A stretch of DNA of 64,000 nucleotides. Source: Mucilaginibacter sp. (lineage in GTDB: Bacteria > Bacteroidota > Bacteroidia > Sphingobacteriales > Sphingobacteriaceae). The notes beneath the pieces were generated by a model, which was not told the DNA's origin, ran no database searches, and saw nothing but the letters and a program-made list of their open reading frames with translations. The translations under genes and the position numbers were made by a program. The DNA lies in NCBI GenBank assembly GCA_036568825.1, contig DATCRU010000071.1:25383-89382 (forward strand), in the 5' to 3' direction. Below are positions 1 through 9,780 of this stretch, in pieces (position 1 is the first letter of the stretch; each line of letters opens with the position of its first letter).

Positions 1-1
1 G

Positions 2-106
2 AAGGTGTCAGCGGGAACTAATATTCTTAACGCACTGGGCGTAATTGCTGTAATAGCAGTCGTTGTGGGTATTGACGCTTATACTAACGGCGACGTGAGC
101 TTTTAA
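2..106 (+). CDS. 3' end of a CDS truncated by the window edge; hydrophobic C-terminus, product unknown
   Basis: The frame is open from the window edge to TAA at 104-106 (..KVSAGTNILNALGVIAVIAVVVGIDAYTNGDVSF*). I recognise no family. Confidence 0.25.
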   Translation, partial: KVSAGTNILNALGVIAVIAVVVGIDAYTNGDVSF

Positions 107-107
107 A

Positions 108-332
108 TCAACTTTCAGTATTTCTAAAATATGACAAAGCGCCAGATGGACATTGCTTTACCTGGTTGATGATTGTTTCAGTATCGGCTGCTGTGACGTT
201 GATCCATGGTTTCTGTTGCAGGTTGAATACCGCAGGAAGACCATTAACACATTTGGCAGAATGGGCACACAGATGTGATTGCCAAACTACCGTTATTTCA
301 CCATTGTCATATTTTTTGATATTGTCTTCCAT
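108..332 (-). CDS. YjdI-like small Fe-S cluster protein (divergent 4Fe-4S mono-cluster family)
   Basis: 74 aa. The Cys pattern and the FNLQQKPWI...CPSGALSY motifs resemble E. coli YjdI (COG3592). Confidence 0.7.
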   Translation of the reverse strand: MEDNIKKYDNGEITVVWQSHLCAHSAKCVNGLPAVFNLQQKPWINVTAADTETIINQVKQCPSGALSYFRNTES

Positions 333-374
333 AACAGCTAAATTACAGCTTTAACCGCTTTAAGCCAAGCTGAT

Positions 375-1463
375 ATGCCCCGATTTTCTGTCGACCCCAA
401 TATCTCCATAGCTAAAACCCTTGATACTGATTTTTATACAAGCGTCGAGGTATTTGAACAATGCCGCGAAAAGATATTTGCACCGTCCTGGCAGTTTATC
501 GGTAGTGTCGAGTTAGTTAAAGGAAAAAGTGAGGTATATCCTTTTACTTTATTACCTGATTATCTTGATGAGCCACTTGTGCTTACACGAAATAAAACAG
601 GTGGGTTAAATCTTCTGTCAAACGTTTGTACTCACCGGGGCAATATCGTAGCTGAAAAAGCTTGTAAACAGGCCAATTTAAGGTGCAGGTATCATGGACG
701 GCTATTTAATCTGGATGGCAAATTTGCGTCGATGCCTGAATTTAAGGAGGTAAAAAACTTTCCTGCGGCCGAAGATGATCTGCATCAACTTAGCTTATTC
801 AAATGGAGTAATTGGTTATTTACATCAGTCAACCCCGATTACCCACACGATTTGTTTTTCAGGGATATGATTGATCGGGTAAGCTGGATGCCGCTGGATG
901 ATTTTAAGTTTTATCCTGAACTATCGCGGACATTTCATGTAAAGGCTAATTGGGCGCTGTATTGCGAGAATTACCTCGAGGGCTTTCATATACCTTTTGT
1001 GCATTCAGGTTTAAATGCTGTGATCGATTTTGGAGAATACGCTACCGAGCTCTTTTTTCCGTATTCAAGCTTGCAGTTAGGATTATCAAAGACGGATAAG
1101 GATTGTTTTGATCTGCCCACTGACTCACCCGACTATGGTAAAAATGTGGCAGCCTACTATTTCTGGGTATTTCCGAATATGATGTTCAATTTTTATCCCT
1201 GGGGATTGTCGGCCAATGTGGTTGAACCAATTTCGGTAGGTGAATGCCGGGTTCGGTTTTTATCTTATGTATTGGATGAGAGCAAACTAGACAAAGGAGC
1301 AGGATCGGGATTGGACAAGGTAGAGCAGGAGGATGAAGAAATAGTGGAGAATGTACAACGCGGTGTGCGGTCAAGATTTTATAAACATGGCCGGTATTCT
1401 GTAACACGGGAGCAGGGCACGCATCATTTCCATCGCATTTTAGCCGAATTCATCAATAAATAG
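375..1463 (+). CDS. Rieske (2Fe-2S) aromatic-ring-hydroxylating oxygenase alpha-subunit-like protein
   Basis: Rieske motif CTHRG..(17)..CRYHG, followed by a mononuclear-iron catalytic domain (EGFHIPFVH). 362 aa. Confidence 0.85.
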   Translation: MPRFSVDPNISIAKTLDTDFYTSVEVFEQCREKIFAPSWQFIGSVELVKGKSEVYPFTLLPDYLDEPLVLTRNKTGGLNLLSNVCTHRGNIVAEKACKQANLRCRYHGRLFNLDGKFASMPEFKEVKNFPAAEDDLHQLSLFKWSNWLFTSVNPDYPHDLFFRDMIDRVSWMPLDDFKFYPELSRTFHVKANWALYCENYLEGFHIPFVHSGLNAVIDFGEYATELFFPYSSLQLGLSKTDKDCFDLPTDSPDYGKNVAAYYFWVFPNMMFNFYPWGLSANVVEPISVGECRVRFLSYVLDESKLDKGAGSGLDKVEQEDEEIVENVQRGVRSRFYKHGRYSVTREQGTHHFHRILAEFINK

Positions 1464-1466
1464 CCT

Positions 1467-2909
1467 ATGGCACAGCTCGAGCGCAAATTAGGATTATGGG
1501 CCTCTGTATCCATCGTGATAGGGTCTGTGATCGGCAGCAGTATTTTCATGAAGCCCGCTACTATGGCGGCGCAGTTGGGTTCACCTTTGTTGTTGTTATT
1601 AGTTTGGATTGTGGCCGGTATTGTTTCACTGTTTGGTGGAATGATCAATGCCGAGGTCGGCTGTATGATCCCTGAATCTGGCGGGCAGTATGCCTATTTC
1701 AGGCAGATGTACGGAAATTTCTTTGCTTATCTTTTTGGTTGGGCGTGTTTTATCGTAGTTAACACAGCTTCCATATCAGGAATTGCGTTTGTATTCGCTG
1801 ATTATTTGCAATACTTTGTTAAACTTCCCCGATTTTCCCAATCGGTTGAGCATTCCATACCATTTGTAATTCCGTTTATAGGTAAATTTTATTTATTAGA
1901 GAATATAGGTGTAAAAACAGTTGCGGCGTTGATAATCATTGTTTTGACATGGATCAATATAAAAAGCCTGAAAGCAGGCGGAGCAGTGCAGGTGTTTTTT
2001 TCTGTATTAAAAGTGGCCGCGCTTATTTTTCTTGTTATCGCTATTTTCTTTTCCGATAAGGGCAGCTTTCTCAATTTGAAGCACGACTCTTCAACCTTCG
2101 ACCATTCATTATGGAAGGTTATTCCTGCTTTTATTGCAGCAACAACCGGGGCATTGGCAGCTTATGACGGCTGGAATAATCTGGGATTCGTGTCAGGCGA
2201 AATAAAAGATCCGCAAAAAAATATACCACGGGGATTAATTATGGGCCTGATCATCTGTATCATTATTTACGCCCTTACTAATGAAGCCTATTTATATATG
2301 TTGCCAGTAGATACAATGAAAAGCTCATCATTAGTTGCATCTGACGCGTTGTATGAAGCGCTGGGAGTAGCTGGCGGTGGTTTTGTGGCTTTGATGGTGG
2401 TATTATCCACCGCAGGGGCGACAAATGGCAATCTTTTTCCGTCTTCCAGGGTAATTTATGCGATGGGAGAGGAAAGGAATTTTTTTGCCTTTACAAGTAA
2501 GGTGAATACAAAATATCACACACCCGCCAATGCTTTGTTATTGCAATGCATATGGGCTGTTTTACTGGTGTTTATCGGTTCGTTTGACATGCTGATGGAC
2601 ATGTTCGTCTTTATTTCATGGATATTTTATGGATTTGCAGCCTACGGAATTTTTATCCTGCGTAAAAAAATGCCCGACGCGCACCGGCACTACAAGTTGA
2701 AAGGTTACCCTTATCTACCAATCATTTTTATCTTCTTTTCTATGTTGTATGTCGTAATTACTTTATATAACGATATCAACAACTACATGTTAGGCAAAAG
2801 CCCGATCATTAATTCTGTATTTGGGCTTGTACTAACTGTAATGGGCATTCCGCTTTATTGGTATTTTAAAAAGAAGCCTGTCCAAACCGAAGTTATATTA
2901 CCGAATTGA
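1467..2909 (+). CDS. APC-superfamily amino acid permease
   Basis: 480 aa with about 12 hydrophobic helices. Starts 4 bp after the Rieske gene stop, so the two are probably co-transcribed. Confidence 0.85.
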   Translation: MAQLERKLGLWASVSIVIGSVIGSSIFMKPATMAAQLGSPLLLLLVWIVAGIVSLFGGMINAEVGCMIPESGGQYAYFRQMYGNFFAYLFGWACFIVVNTASISGIAFVFADYLQYFVKLPRFSQSVEHSIPFVIPFIGKFYLLENIGVKTVAALIIIVLTWINIKSLKAGGAVQVFFSVLKVAALIFLVIAIFFSDKGSFLNLKHDSSTFDHSLWKVIPAFIAATTGALAAYDGWNNLGFVSGEIKDPQKNIPRGLIMGLIICIIIYALTNEAYLYMLPVDTMKSSSLVASDALYEALGVAGGGFVALMVVLSTAGATNGNLFPSSRVIYAMGEERNFFAFTSKVNTKYHTPANALLLQCIWAVLLVFIGSFDMLMDMFVFISWIFYGFAAYGIFILRKKMPDAHRHYKLKGYPYLPIIFIFFSMLYVVITLYNDINNYMLGKSPIINSVFGLVLTVMGIPLYWYFKKKPVQTEVILPN

Positions 2910-2923
2910 CTTAATTTTGCAGT

Positions 2924-3166
2924 ATGAAAGTAAACGTGCTGGCATTTGGCATTGCAAAGGATATTTTTGGCAGCTCATCCGTCGAAGTAGAACTACCGGA
3001 AAATGGTACTACTCATAATTTAAAGCAATTGTTGGAAGAGAGTTATCCACGACTGAAGCACCTGGTATCCTATATGGTGGCTGTGAATAATGAATATGCA
3101 TCAGATACAGGTCTATTGACTGAAATGGATGAAATTGCCGTTATTCCTCCGGTAAGTGGGGGCTGA
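2924..3166 (+). CDS. moaD: Molybdopterin synthase sulfur-carrier subunit MoaD
   Basis: 80 aa ThiS/MoaD-type protein ending in the diagnostic C-terminal Gly-Gly (..PPVSGG*). Confidence 0.9.
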   Translation: MKVNVLAFGIAKDIFGSSSVEVELPENGTTHNLKQLLEESYPRLKHLVSYMVAVNNEYASDTGLLTEMDEIAVIPPVSGG

Positions 3167-3184
3167 ATTTTTAAATCCACTTAA

Positions 3185-4306
3185 ATGGAAAGTTTAGAAA
3201 TGCTTTTTGATAAAGCTTTTAAATCAAGGGGTGGAATTTACAAATCTGATGATAATTTTTTTAAAGGCTCACTTTTAGAAGATTGTCGTAATTTAATTCA
3301 TGGTATTAGAGTTGCAGATTCCAGAACGCCAAATGTTTATATAAACCTTATCAATAACCCTGAAATAAATGCAGTAGTTAAAAGATATAAGGGGAAAGAT
3401 TTTATTGGAATATATGCAGGTGCTATTTTTTTAATTGAGGCGACTTTTTTGAGAATGATGTCCAATCCCAATATTTTGCCGGAATTTGGAGATGTCAGCA
3501 GGGAAATTGCCCCTGAAAAAATATATAATGCTCAATTTACTTCCTTCGATCATTATAATAATATTGTTGAGATTGATAGAAAAAATATCCCTATACCAAA
3601 AGATATTAATCGATATAGATTGGGTATGTTATTATCATGCTTTGTAACCAGGTTCCTCGTAGCTCATGAATATGGACATATCCTATGTGGTCATATTGGG
3701 TATGGTGATAGTTTGTTTGAATCCTTTTCAATGACTGAATATTTTAATAGTTACCCAGCCGGAAGCAGATTGGAACCATTAACAAGTCAGGCATTGGAAT
3801 TGTGTGCTGACTTGTATGCTTTTAATGTTGGAATTAATAATATTTTACTAGCGCTAAAGGAAAGAGATGCTGGAATAATAAATGGAACGCAGCCGTTCTT
3901 TAATGGACTCGAAAATTCTTTAAAACTTTGGCTGTTTGCTATTTATTCGTATATGAGGCTATTTGGCATGTGTAGTTTTAAAATCGATTCATTAAAAGAA
4001 TATTTACACCCGCCTCAAGCTGTAAGAAGTTTGCTTTATTTTAAATGGTTGGAGCCCCAATTAATTACTAAAAAATCACCCCTTCCTACCCAAAGTGTTC
4101 AAAATATTATTGATGAGGCCATTGATTCCGTTGAAAGGGCGTTTGCTGAAATATCTGAACAGGAATACAATCAGTCATTCTTAAACTCAGCACTTGAATC
4201 AGACGTCATGCAACATGTACTATTAATATTTGAAAATTGGGATAATGCCAGAAGATTAACCGTTCCTTATACTTATATTGATATTCCACCTGAATTAAAC
4301 ATATAA
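3185..4306 (+). CDS. HExxH zinc-metallopeptidase-like protein of unknown family (motif layout like ImmA/IrrE or M48)
   Basis: 373 aa. HEYGHILCGH is followed about 36 aa later by ELCADLYAF, matching the H-E-x-x-H ... E-x-x-A-[DN]-x-[FY]-A arrangement. The gene is visibly more AT-rich than its neighbours. It lies 18 bp after moaD and 21 bp before moaE. Confidence 0.6.
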   Translation: MESLEMLFDKAFKSRGGIYKSDDNFFKGSLLEDCRNLIHGIRVADSRTPNVYINLINNPEINAVVKRYKGKDFIGIYAGAIFLIEATFLRMMSNPNILPEFGDVSREIAPEKIYNAQFTSFDHYNNIVEIDRKNIPIPKDINRYRLGMLLSCFVTRFLVAHEYGHILCGHIGYGDSLFESFSMTEYFNSYPAGSRLEPLTSQALELCADLYAFNVGINNILLALKERDAGIINGTQPFFNGLENSLKLWLFAIYSYMRLFGMCSFKIDSLKEYLHPPQAVRSLLYFKWLEPQLITKKSPLPTQSVQNIIDEAIDSVERAFAEISEQEYNQSFLNSALESDVMQHVLLIFENWDNARRLTVPYTYIDIPPELNI

Positions 4307-4327
4307 ATTTTAATAAATTCTATAAAG

Positions 4328-4747
4328 TTGGATATCCAAGTTAAAATATCGGCCCAAACATTAAACATTCAATCCTGCATCGATTGGGTGATGACGTCGC
4401 AATCGGGTGGGATAGATGTGTTTATAGGGACCGTGCGCGATGCAACCAAAGGCAGAACTGTAGTACGACTTGAGTTTGAGGCCTATGAGCCCATGGCCAT
4501 CAAAGAAATGCAAAAAATAGCGAATGAAACCTTTAGCAAATGGCCGGTTCAAAAACTTTTGATTCATCACCGAACAGGAGTATTGAAAATAGGTGAGGTG
4601 CCTGTTATTATTGCCATATCATGCGCACACCGCGATGCTGCTTTTGAAGCCTGCCGTTATGTGATTGATACATTAAAACAAACTGTGCCTATATGGAAAA
4701 AAGAGGTATTTGAGGATGGGGAAGTGTGGGTAGCAGCGCATCCCTGA
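4328..4747 (+). CDS. moaE: Molybdopterin synthase catalytic subunit MoaE
   Basis: 139 aa with a TTG start and MoaE-like sequence (..IDVFIGTVRD.., ..VPIWKKE..). Sits in Moco gene context. Confidence 0.85.
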   Translation: MDIQVKISAQTLNIQSCIDWVMTSQSGGIDVFIGTVRDATKGRTVVRLEFEAYEPMAIKEMQKIANETFSKWPVQKLLIHHRTGVLKIGEVPVIIAISCAHRDAAFEACRYVIDTLKQTVPIWKKEVFEDGEVWVAAHP

Positions 4748-4781
4748 CCGCTGATTTTAATGATTAGATGATTCCGCTGAT

Positions 4782-5843
4782 TCAAAGCTTTTCCCATTTT
4801 TCCAAGCCACCATCAAGAGAGAAAACCTTAGCATCAGGATATTTTTGTTTGATAACTTTCACAGCGTCCGCGCTTCGCTTTCCAGTGGCACAATAGAACA
4901 CTTTTTCTCGGCTTCCTGAAAAGTAATCCATGTGATCTTCTAATTCAATCAAAGGAATATGCTTACCGCCTATGTCATATTCATCTCGTTCACGTTCGGT
5001 TCGCACATCGATCAATTCAAAACGGCTTTCTTCAATGCCTTTTTTCAGATCAGCAACCGAGATTAGCGGAATCTCTTCGGTTCGTTTTAGTTGTTTGATA
5101 CTAACCTTGCTCACAGAACCAATTTTTATGATTCTGCTTTGAAGGGTTTGAGCATCAAGCATTAATATTCTCCCGGTCAATAATTCGCCTGTTTTTGTAA
5201 TGTATTTAATCACCTCATTTGCCTGCATACAGCCTATAATTCCGGCTAATGTTGGGATTACGCCACCTTCGGCACAATTTGGCACTTGGGTAGCATCAAC
5301 TTCCGGAAACAAATCGCGATAGTTAGGGGAGAAGGTACCATCAGTATTCTTTGCATTCCAAACGGCGATCTGTCCTTCAAACTGGTAAATAGCACCATAA
5401 ACTAAAGGCTTGTCTGATAGAACAGCCGCATCATTTAATAAATACCGTGTTTCAAAATTGTCGGTACCATCAACAACGATATCGTATTGTTGCAGAAGGT
5501 CCATTACATTATCGGACGTGATCTTTACCTGATGCGAAATAAGCTTTATACTGGAATTTTGTTTCTGTAGTCGCTCGCACGCCACTAAAGTTTTGCTTAG
5601 CCCCGCATCCTCCGGGGTATACAAAATCTGGCGATGTAAATTACTGATGGATACAATATCGAAATCGGCAATGCCTAATGTGCCTACGCCTGCGGCAGTC
5701 AAATATTGTGCTGCCGGACAACCAAGCCCACCCGCACCAACAATCAATACTTTCGCTTGTTGTAACAGCCGCTGGGCTGATTCACTGAAACCGGGCAGAG
5801 CGATCTGGCAACTATATCTCGCAAAATCTTCAGACATCAGCAC
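4782..5843 (-). CDS. moeB: Molybdopterin-synthase adenylyltransferase MoeB/MoeZ with C-terminal rhodanese domain
   Basis: ThiF/MoeB nucleotide-binding motif VGAGGLGCPAAQYL, plus a C-terminal rhodanese-like domain with an active-site Cys (FYCATGKRS). Overlaps the mobA stop by 14 bp. Confidence 0.9.
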   Translation of the reverse strand: MLMSEDFARYSCQIALPGFSESAQRLLQQAKVLIVGAGGLGCPAAQYLTAAGVGTLGIADFDIVSISNLHRQILYTPEDAGLSKTLVACERLQKQNSSIKLISHQVKITSDNVMDLLQQYDIVVDGTDNFETRYLLNDAAVLSDKPLVYGAIYQFEGQIAVWNAKNTDGTFSPNYRDLFPEVDATQVPNCAEGGVIPTLAGIIGCMQANEVIKYITKTGELLTGRILMLDAQTLQSRIIKIGSVSKVSIKQLKRTEEIPLISVADLKKGIEESRFELIDVRTERERDEYDIGGKHIPLIELEDHMDYFSGSREKVFYCATGKRSADAVKVIKQKYPDAKVFSLDGGLEKWEKL

Positions 5844-7002
5844 TCGCGATCTTTTGGTGGATAGTCTGTTTCACTTTTTCAAGATCATCTGGCGTATTGA
5901 CGTTGGTCAAAGCATCAGTGTTAGGTGCCTGTAATAGATGCACGTCGCTGTTGATCAACACTTTTCGTGGACAAGAATATCCTTGTGATAAAAACGATAA
6001 TAATACCGGGTAACTCTTAGGTTCCCAAATAGTGATCAATGGTTCGGGAAACTCATTATCAGGACTATTATAAGCCGTTGCTATAGCAGATACTTTGCGT
6101 CTTTCTATCAGGAATTTGAAGGTCTCTGTTTCCAGCAAAGGCATATCGCAGGCTACCACCAGCCACGCTCGGTCAGGTTGCTCTCTAAATGCAGAAAGAA
6201 TTGCGCCATAAGGCCCTAATCCGGTAAAGGTATCTTCCAAGGCGGGGTAAGCTGGATTGATTTGTTGCTTTTGATCTGCTCTGCAAGAAATGAAAACATC
6301 TTTGCATAGCGGCTTCAACATATCGGCCACATGATAACGTTGTTCTTTACCAAACCAACTCACGGCTCCCTTATCAAAACCCATACGCATACTCTTTCCA
6401 CCGGCAAGCACCAATCCATTTAGAAGGGGTCTGGATTGCAATACTTTGTTCTCAAAAAAAGTGATGATCTTTTCTGATTCATCTAGTCTGCATACAGGTA
6501 TATTCTGCCAATTTGGGATTGACTCTTTTATGAAATCAAACACATCAGGCTCATTTTCAGCTAACAGGATCAACCCGACATTGGTCAGTTGAGCCAACCT
6601 TTTTTGCAATGATGATGCTTTTGCATTATAGATAATTACCACTTGAGCCTTTGCCTGTTGATGATTCCCATTTACCAGAACAAGGTCAGCTTCTGAAAAC
6701 TGTTGTCTTAGTCTGAATGGGGTAGATGTCGTATTATAATTGAATTGCTGATAATTGACTTGATCGGTGTATTCCAACAGGGCATCATTAGCCAAACGAC
6801 CTGGAGCTGACGTCATCTCATCATTATGTGAAGTATCCGCATAAGCGCATTTATATTTAGATGATAACGCGCCGATAACCGAATCAGCCAGAGATTTTAT
6901 CACCACACATGGTGCTCCGACAATAGCCCATTCATTTCTTGCATAATTTCCGATGGCTGGTCTAACCAGATCGGTATGCTTTTTATGCTCTTTTAAAGTC
7001 AC
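5830..7002 (-). CDS. mobA: Molybdenum cofactor guanylyltransferase MobA fused to an N-terminal MobB-like domain with a degenerate P-loop
   Basis: The C-terminal half carries the MobA motif LVLAGGKSMRMGFDKG. The N-terminal ~190 aa resemble MobB, but the Walker A position reads IVGAPCVVIKS. Confidence 0.8.
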   Translation of the reverse strand: MTLKEHKKHTDLVRPAIGNYARNEWAIVGAPCVVIKSLADSVIGALSSKYKCAYADTSHNDEMTSAPGRLANDALLEYTDQVNYQQFNYNTTSTPFRLRQQFSEADLVLVNGNHQQAKAQVVIIYNAKASSLQKRLAQLTNVGLILLAENEPDVFDFIKESIPNWQNIPVCRLDESEKIITFFENKVLQSRPLLNGLVLAGGKSMRMGFDKGAVSWFGKEQRYHVADMLKPLCKDVFISCRADQKQQINPAYPALEDTFTGLGPYGAILSAFREQPDRAWLVVACDMPLLETETFKFLIERRKVSAIATAYNSPDNEFPEPLITIWEPKSYPVLLSFLSQGYSCPRKVLINSDVHLLQAPNTDALTNVNTPDDLEKVKQTIHQKIASADV

Positions 7003-7456
7003 GTTTACCTCCTGTCTTTTCCATCAGTTTGGTTTCTTTTATCACGATGTCATGGCTCAAAGCCTTGCACATATCGTATATGGTGAGTGCAGCTATCGAC
7101 GCACCAACCAATGCTTCCATTTCGACACCTGTTTTAGCGGTGATTGTAGCAGTGCAATCAATGACTACTTCCTGCTGTTCATTTAAATGAATATTGATAC
7201 TGCAATTATCCAGTCCCAGCGGATGGCATAATGGAATCAAATCACCGGTTTTTTTGGCAGCCATTATTCCGGCTATAACGGCCGTTTGAAATACAGAGCC
7301 TTTCTTTGTTTGAATATCACCGTTCGTCAATTGCTCGAGCACCTCGGCAGGCAATGCAACTATGCTTCTTGCAGCAGCAGTACGCCGGGAAATCTGCTTT
7401 TCGCCAACATCAACCATATTGGGTTGTCCACGCTCGTCTAAATGCGAAAAAGTCAT
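6983..7456 (-). CDS. moaC: Cyclic pyranopterin monophosphate synthase MoaC
   Basis: 157 aa with typical MoaC sequence (MVDVGEK..TRRTA.A..). Overlaps both neighbouring genes. Confidence 0.9.
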   Translation of the reverse strand: MTFSHLDERGQPNMVDVGEKQISRRTAAARSIVALPAEVLEQLTNGDIQTKKGSVFQTAVIAGIMAAKKTGDLIPLCHPLGLDNCSINIHLNEQQEVVIDCTATITAKTGVEMEALVGASIAALTIYDMCKALSHDIVIKETKLMEKTGGKRDFKRA

Positions 7457-8661
7457 ACTGTCAATTGTTTAAAGGGCCATGCGCGAAATACTTCACCCTG
7501 TTTAAATTCGTCTCTGCCTTTCGGTAATTCAATGAAAGCGTCTGTATCTGCTAAGTTAGCAAAATCACCTGAACCATTGCCTTCAATTGCTTCGGCTATT
7601 ATTTGTCCTTTGTCGGAAAAACGCAGTTTTACTTGCAAAAAATATTGCAGATCGGGCTTAAAAGTAAAATCCGTTCCTAAAACTGCATAAACCGATGGTT
7701 TCTCATTAAGTCCCTGACTAGCGTTTAACCATGGTAAAAAATACCGGTGCAGGCACATAAAAGTGGCCACAGGGTTTCCCGGAAAAGCAAATACCAACAC
7801 ACCATTCTCATGTTTGCCAAACCAGAATGGTTTCCCCGGCCGCTGGCTCACTTTATGAAAGATGGTTTTTACACCAATTCCATCCAAAGCTGTAGGTATG
7901 TAATCAAACTTGCCCATACTAATGCCGCCGGTCATCAGTATTACATCATAATTAGCAATGCAATGATTCAGCTTTTCTTTTGTGACGTCCGGATCATCAG
8001 GTATATGCAAGAGGTCAGCCTTCAACATATATTGACTCAAAACTGCCTTTATCATATAGCTGTTTGATTTCCTGATTTGAATAGGCGAGGGCTGCTCGTC
8101 CACATTAACTAATTCATCACCTGAGGAAATGACAACTACACGTGGTAGCTTTTTTACGAGCAACTCAGCTTTGCCAACTGATGCTGCAACGCTGATTAAA
8201 GCGGGAGTGACCACCTGCTGTTTTACAGCAACAACATCTCCTTGTTTCTTATCAGCTCCTTTTAAGTGTAAATTCTGACCTTTTTGAAAGACTGAAGTTG
8301 TGATAACCGCGACACCATTTTTTATGTCGATATGCTCATAAGGAATTATAGTATCTACAGTTGTTGGTAGTGCGGCTCCGGTCATTATTTCAATACATTC
8401 ATCAAGATGATCTATATCTATCGGATTGTCACCCGCAGCCTGCGTAGCTTTTATTTTGAATAATTGAATTCCTTGCTGAATAGTCCCATAACGTACAGCT
8501 ATCCCATCCATGGTCACCCGGTTGAACGGGGGCAAATCACGATCGGCTTTGATATCTTCGGCGAGCGTACGGCCTAAAGCATCTTCAAAAAAGATATTTT
8601 CTGTACCAAAATCCTTTGCTTCAGCTAATATCAATTTTTCTGCCTGCTCAACTGTTATCAT
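7453..8661 (-). CDS. moeA: Molybdopterin molybdenumtransferase MoeA
   Basis: 402 aa with MoeA N-terminal motifs (PPFNRVTMDGIAV) and a MoCF-binding central domain. ATGA overlap with moaC. Confidence 0.9.
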   Translation of the reverse strand: MITVEQAEKLILAEAKDFGTENIFFEDALGRTLAEDIKADRDLPPFNRVTMDGIAVRYGTIQQGIQLFKIKATQAAGDNPIDIDHLDECIEIMTGAALPTTVDTIIPYEHIDIKNGVAVITTSVFQKGQNLHLKGADKKQGDVVAVKQQVVTPALISVAASVGKAELLVKKLPRVVVISSGDELVNVDEQPSPIQIRKSNSYMIKAVLSQYMLKADLLHIPDDPDVTKEKLNHCIANYDVILMTGGISMGKFDYIPTALDGIGVKTIFHKVSQRPGKPFWFGKHENGVLVFAFPGNPVATFMCLHRYFLPWLNASQGLNEKPSVYAVLGTDFTFKPDLQYFLQVKLRFSDKGQIIAEAIEGNGSGDFANLADTDAFIELPKGRDEFKQGEVFRAWPFKQLTV

Positions 8662-8664
8662 ATC

Positions 8665-9654
8665 TTATCCTCCGATTGTTGCCATTGATTCGTGAGCAGG
8701 AATATTGTTACTTCGGGTTTTTTCAGCTTCCCAACCATTTTTTGGGCGATGAGAAAATGCGTTTAATAAAGCCTTTTCCAACTCATTATCTGAGGCTCCG
8801 CTGCGCATCATATCCTTTATATTTAACACGCCTGCATCATACAGGCATGTTTTCAACTCACCTTCAGGAGTGATCCTTATCCGGTTACATGTGCCGCAGA
8901 AAGTACGTGAGTAGGCAGCAATAACGCCTATATTCCCTTTATGACCTGGGATCTGATAATTATACGACGTTGAATAAGGCGAGTCTTTTAGTTTAGCAAT
9001 AGCTGGATATTTCTGCCTGATCTCATCCAAAATCCGCACATAATCCCATTGCAAACCAGTATAGATGTGTCCGTCGCCATTAAAGGGCATTTCTTCGATA
9101 AAGCGCACACTTACAGGTAAGTCTTTGGTTAGTTCAACCAATGGGATGATGTCCTGTGTATTCTTGCCATCCATTACCACAGCATTGATCTTCACCTCTA
9201 TGTCATGTTTGAGCAGTTGCTCAAAAGTTTCCATCACATTGGCAAATTCATCGCGCTTAGTAATGGTGAAGAAACGATTGGCATCAAGCGTATCCAAACT
9301 TAAATTGACTGATTTGACTCCAATTTTCTTTAACTCAGGAACAAATGGTGCAGTTAATACGCCGTTAGTAGTGATGGTTAGTTCATTTAAGCCTCGTAGT
9401 TCGGAAAGTGAGGTAAGCAATTGCATGATATCTTTTCTTACAAATGGCTCCCCACCGGTAATTCGTATTTTTTCGATACCCATTTTTACCAGCAGACTGC
9501 ATATGGAAAGCATTTCCTCATAAGTCAGCAATTCGCTGCGCGACAGCCAGTTTAATCCGTCCTCGGGCATGCAGTAAAAGCAACGGAGGTTGCAACGGTC
9601 GGTTATAGCCAAACGCAGGTAATTGATCTTTCTGCCGTGATTGTCTATCAGCAC
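8665..9654 (-). CDS. moaA: GTP 3',8-cyclase MoaA (radical SAM)
   Basis: CNLRCFYC radical-SAM cluster motif near the N-terminus, a second Cys cluster (CGTCNRIR) and a C-terminal GG. 329 aa. Confidence 0.92.
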   Translation of the reverse strand: MLIDNHGRKINYLRLAITDRCNLRCFYCMPEDGLNWLSRSELLTYEEMLSICSLLVKMGIEKIRITGGEPFVRKDIMQLLTSLSELRGLNELTITTNGVLTAPFVPELKKIGVKSVNLSLDTLDANRFFTITKRDEFANVMETFEQLLKHDIEVKINAVVMDGKNTQDIIPLVELTKDLPVSVRFIEEMPFNGDGHIYTGLQWDYVRILDEIRQKYPAIAKLKDSPYSTSYNYQIPGHKGNIGVIAAYSRTFCGTCNRIRITPEGELKTCLYDAGVLNIKDMMRSGASDNELEKALLNAFSHRPKNGWEAEKTRSNNIPAHESMATIGG

Positions 9655-9728
9655 TATCTTAACGTTATAAACTGTAAATGTAAATATTTCAACTTAGCTG
9701 AATGTTTTTCAAATGTCGTTTTATTGCA

Positions 9729-9761
9729 TAAAAAATCCTGTTGACTTAACATCAACAGGAA
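9729..9761 (-). terminator. Rho-independent terminator downstream of galM
   Basis: On the minus strand, a 9-bp stem tcctgttga/tcaacagga with a 7-nt loop is followed by a T-run (A-run 9729-9735 on the plus strand). Confidence 0.6.
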
Positions 9762-9780
9762 TAAATATGTTTAAGAACGT

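Noticed and set aside
9655-9728. Moco riboswitch upstream of moaA (also checked before moaD at 2910-2923 and before fdhD at 19781-19889)
   Set aside because: The leaders are too short (about 75, 14 and about 110 nt). I see none of the conserved Moco-motif stems. A cmsearch with RF01055 would settle it.
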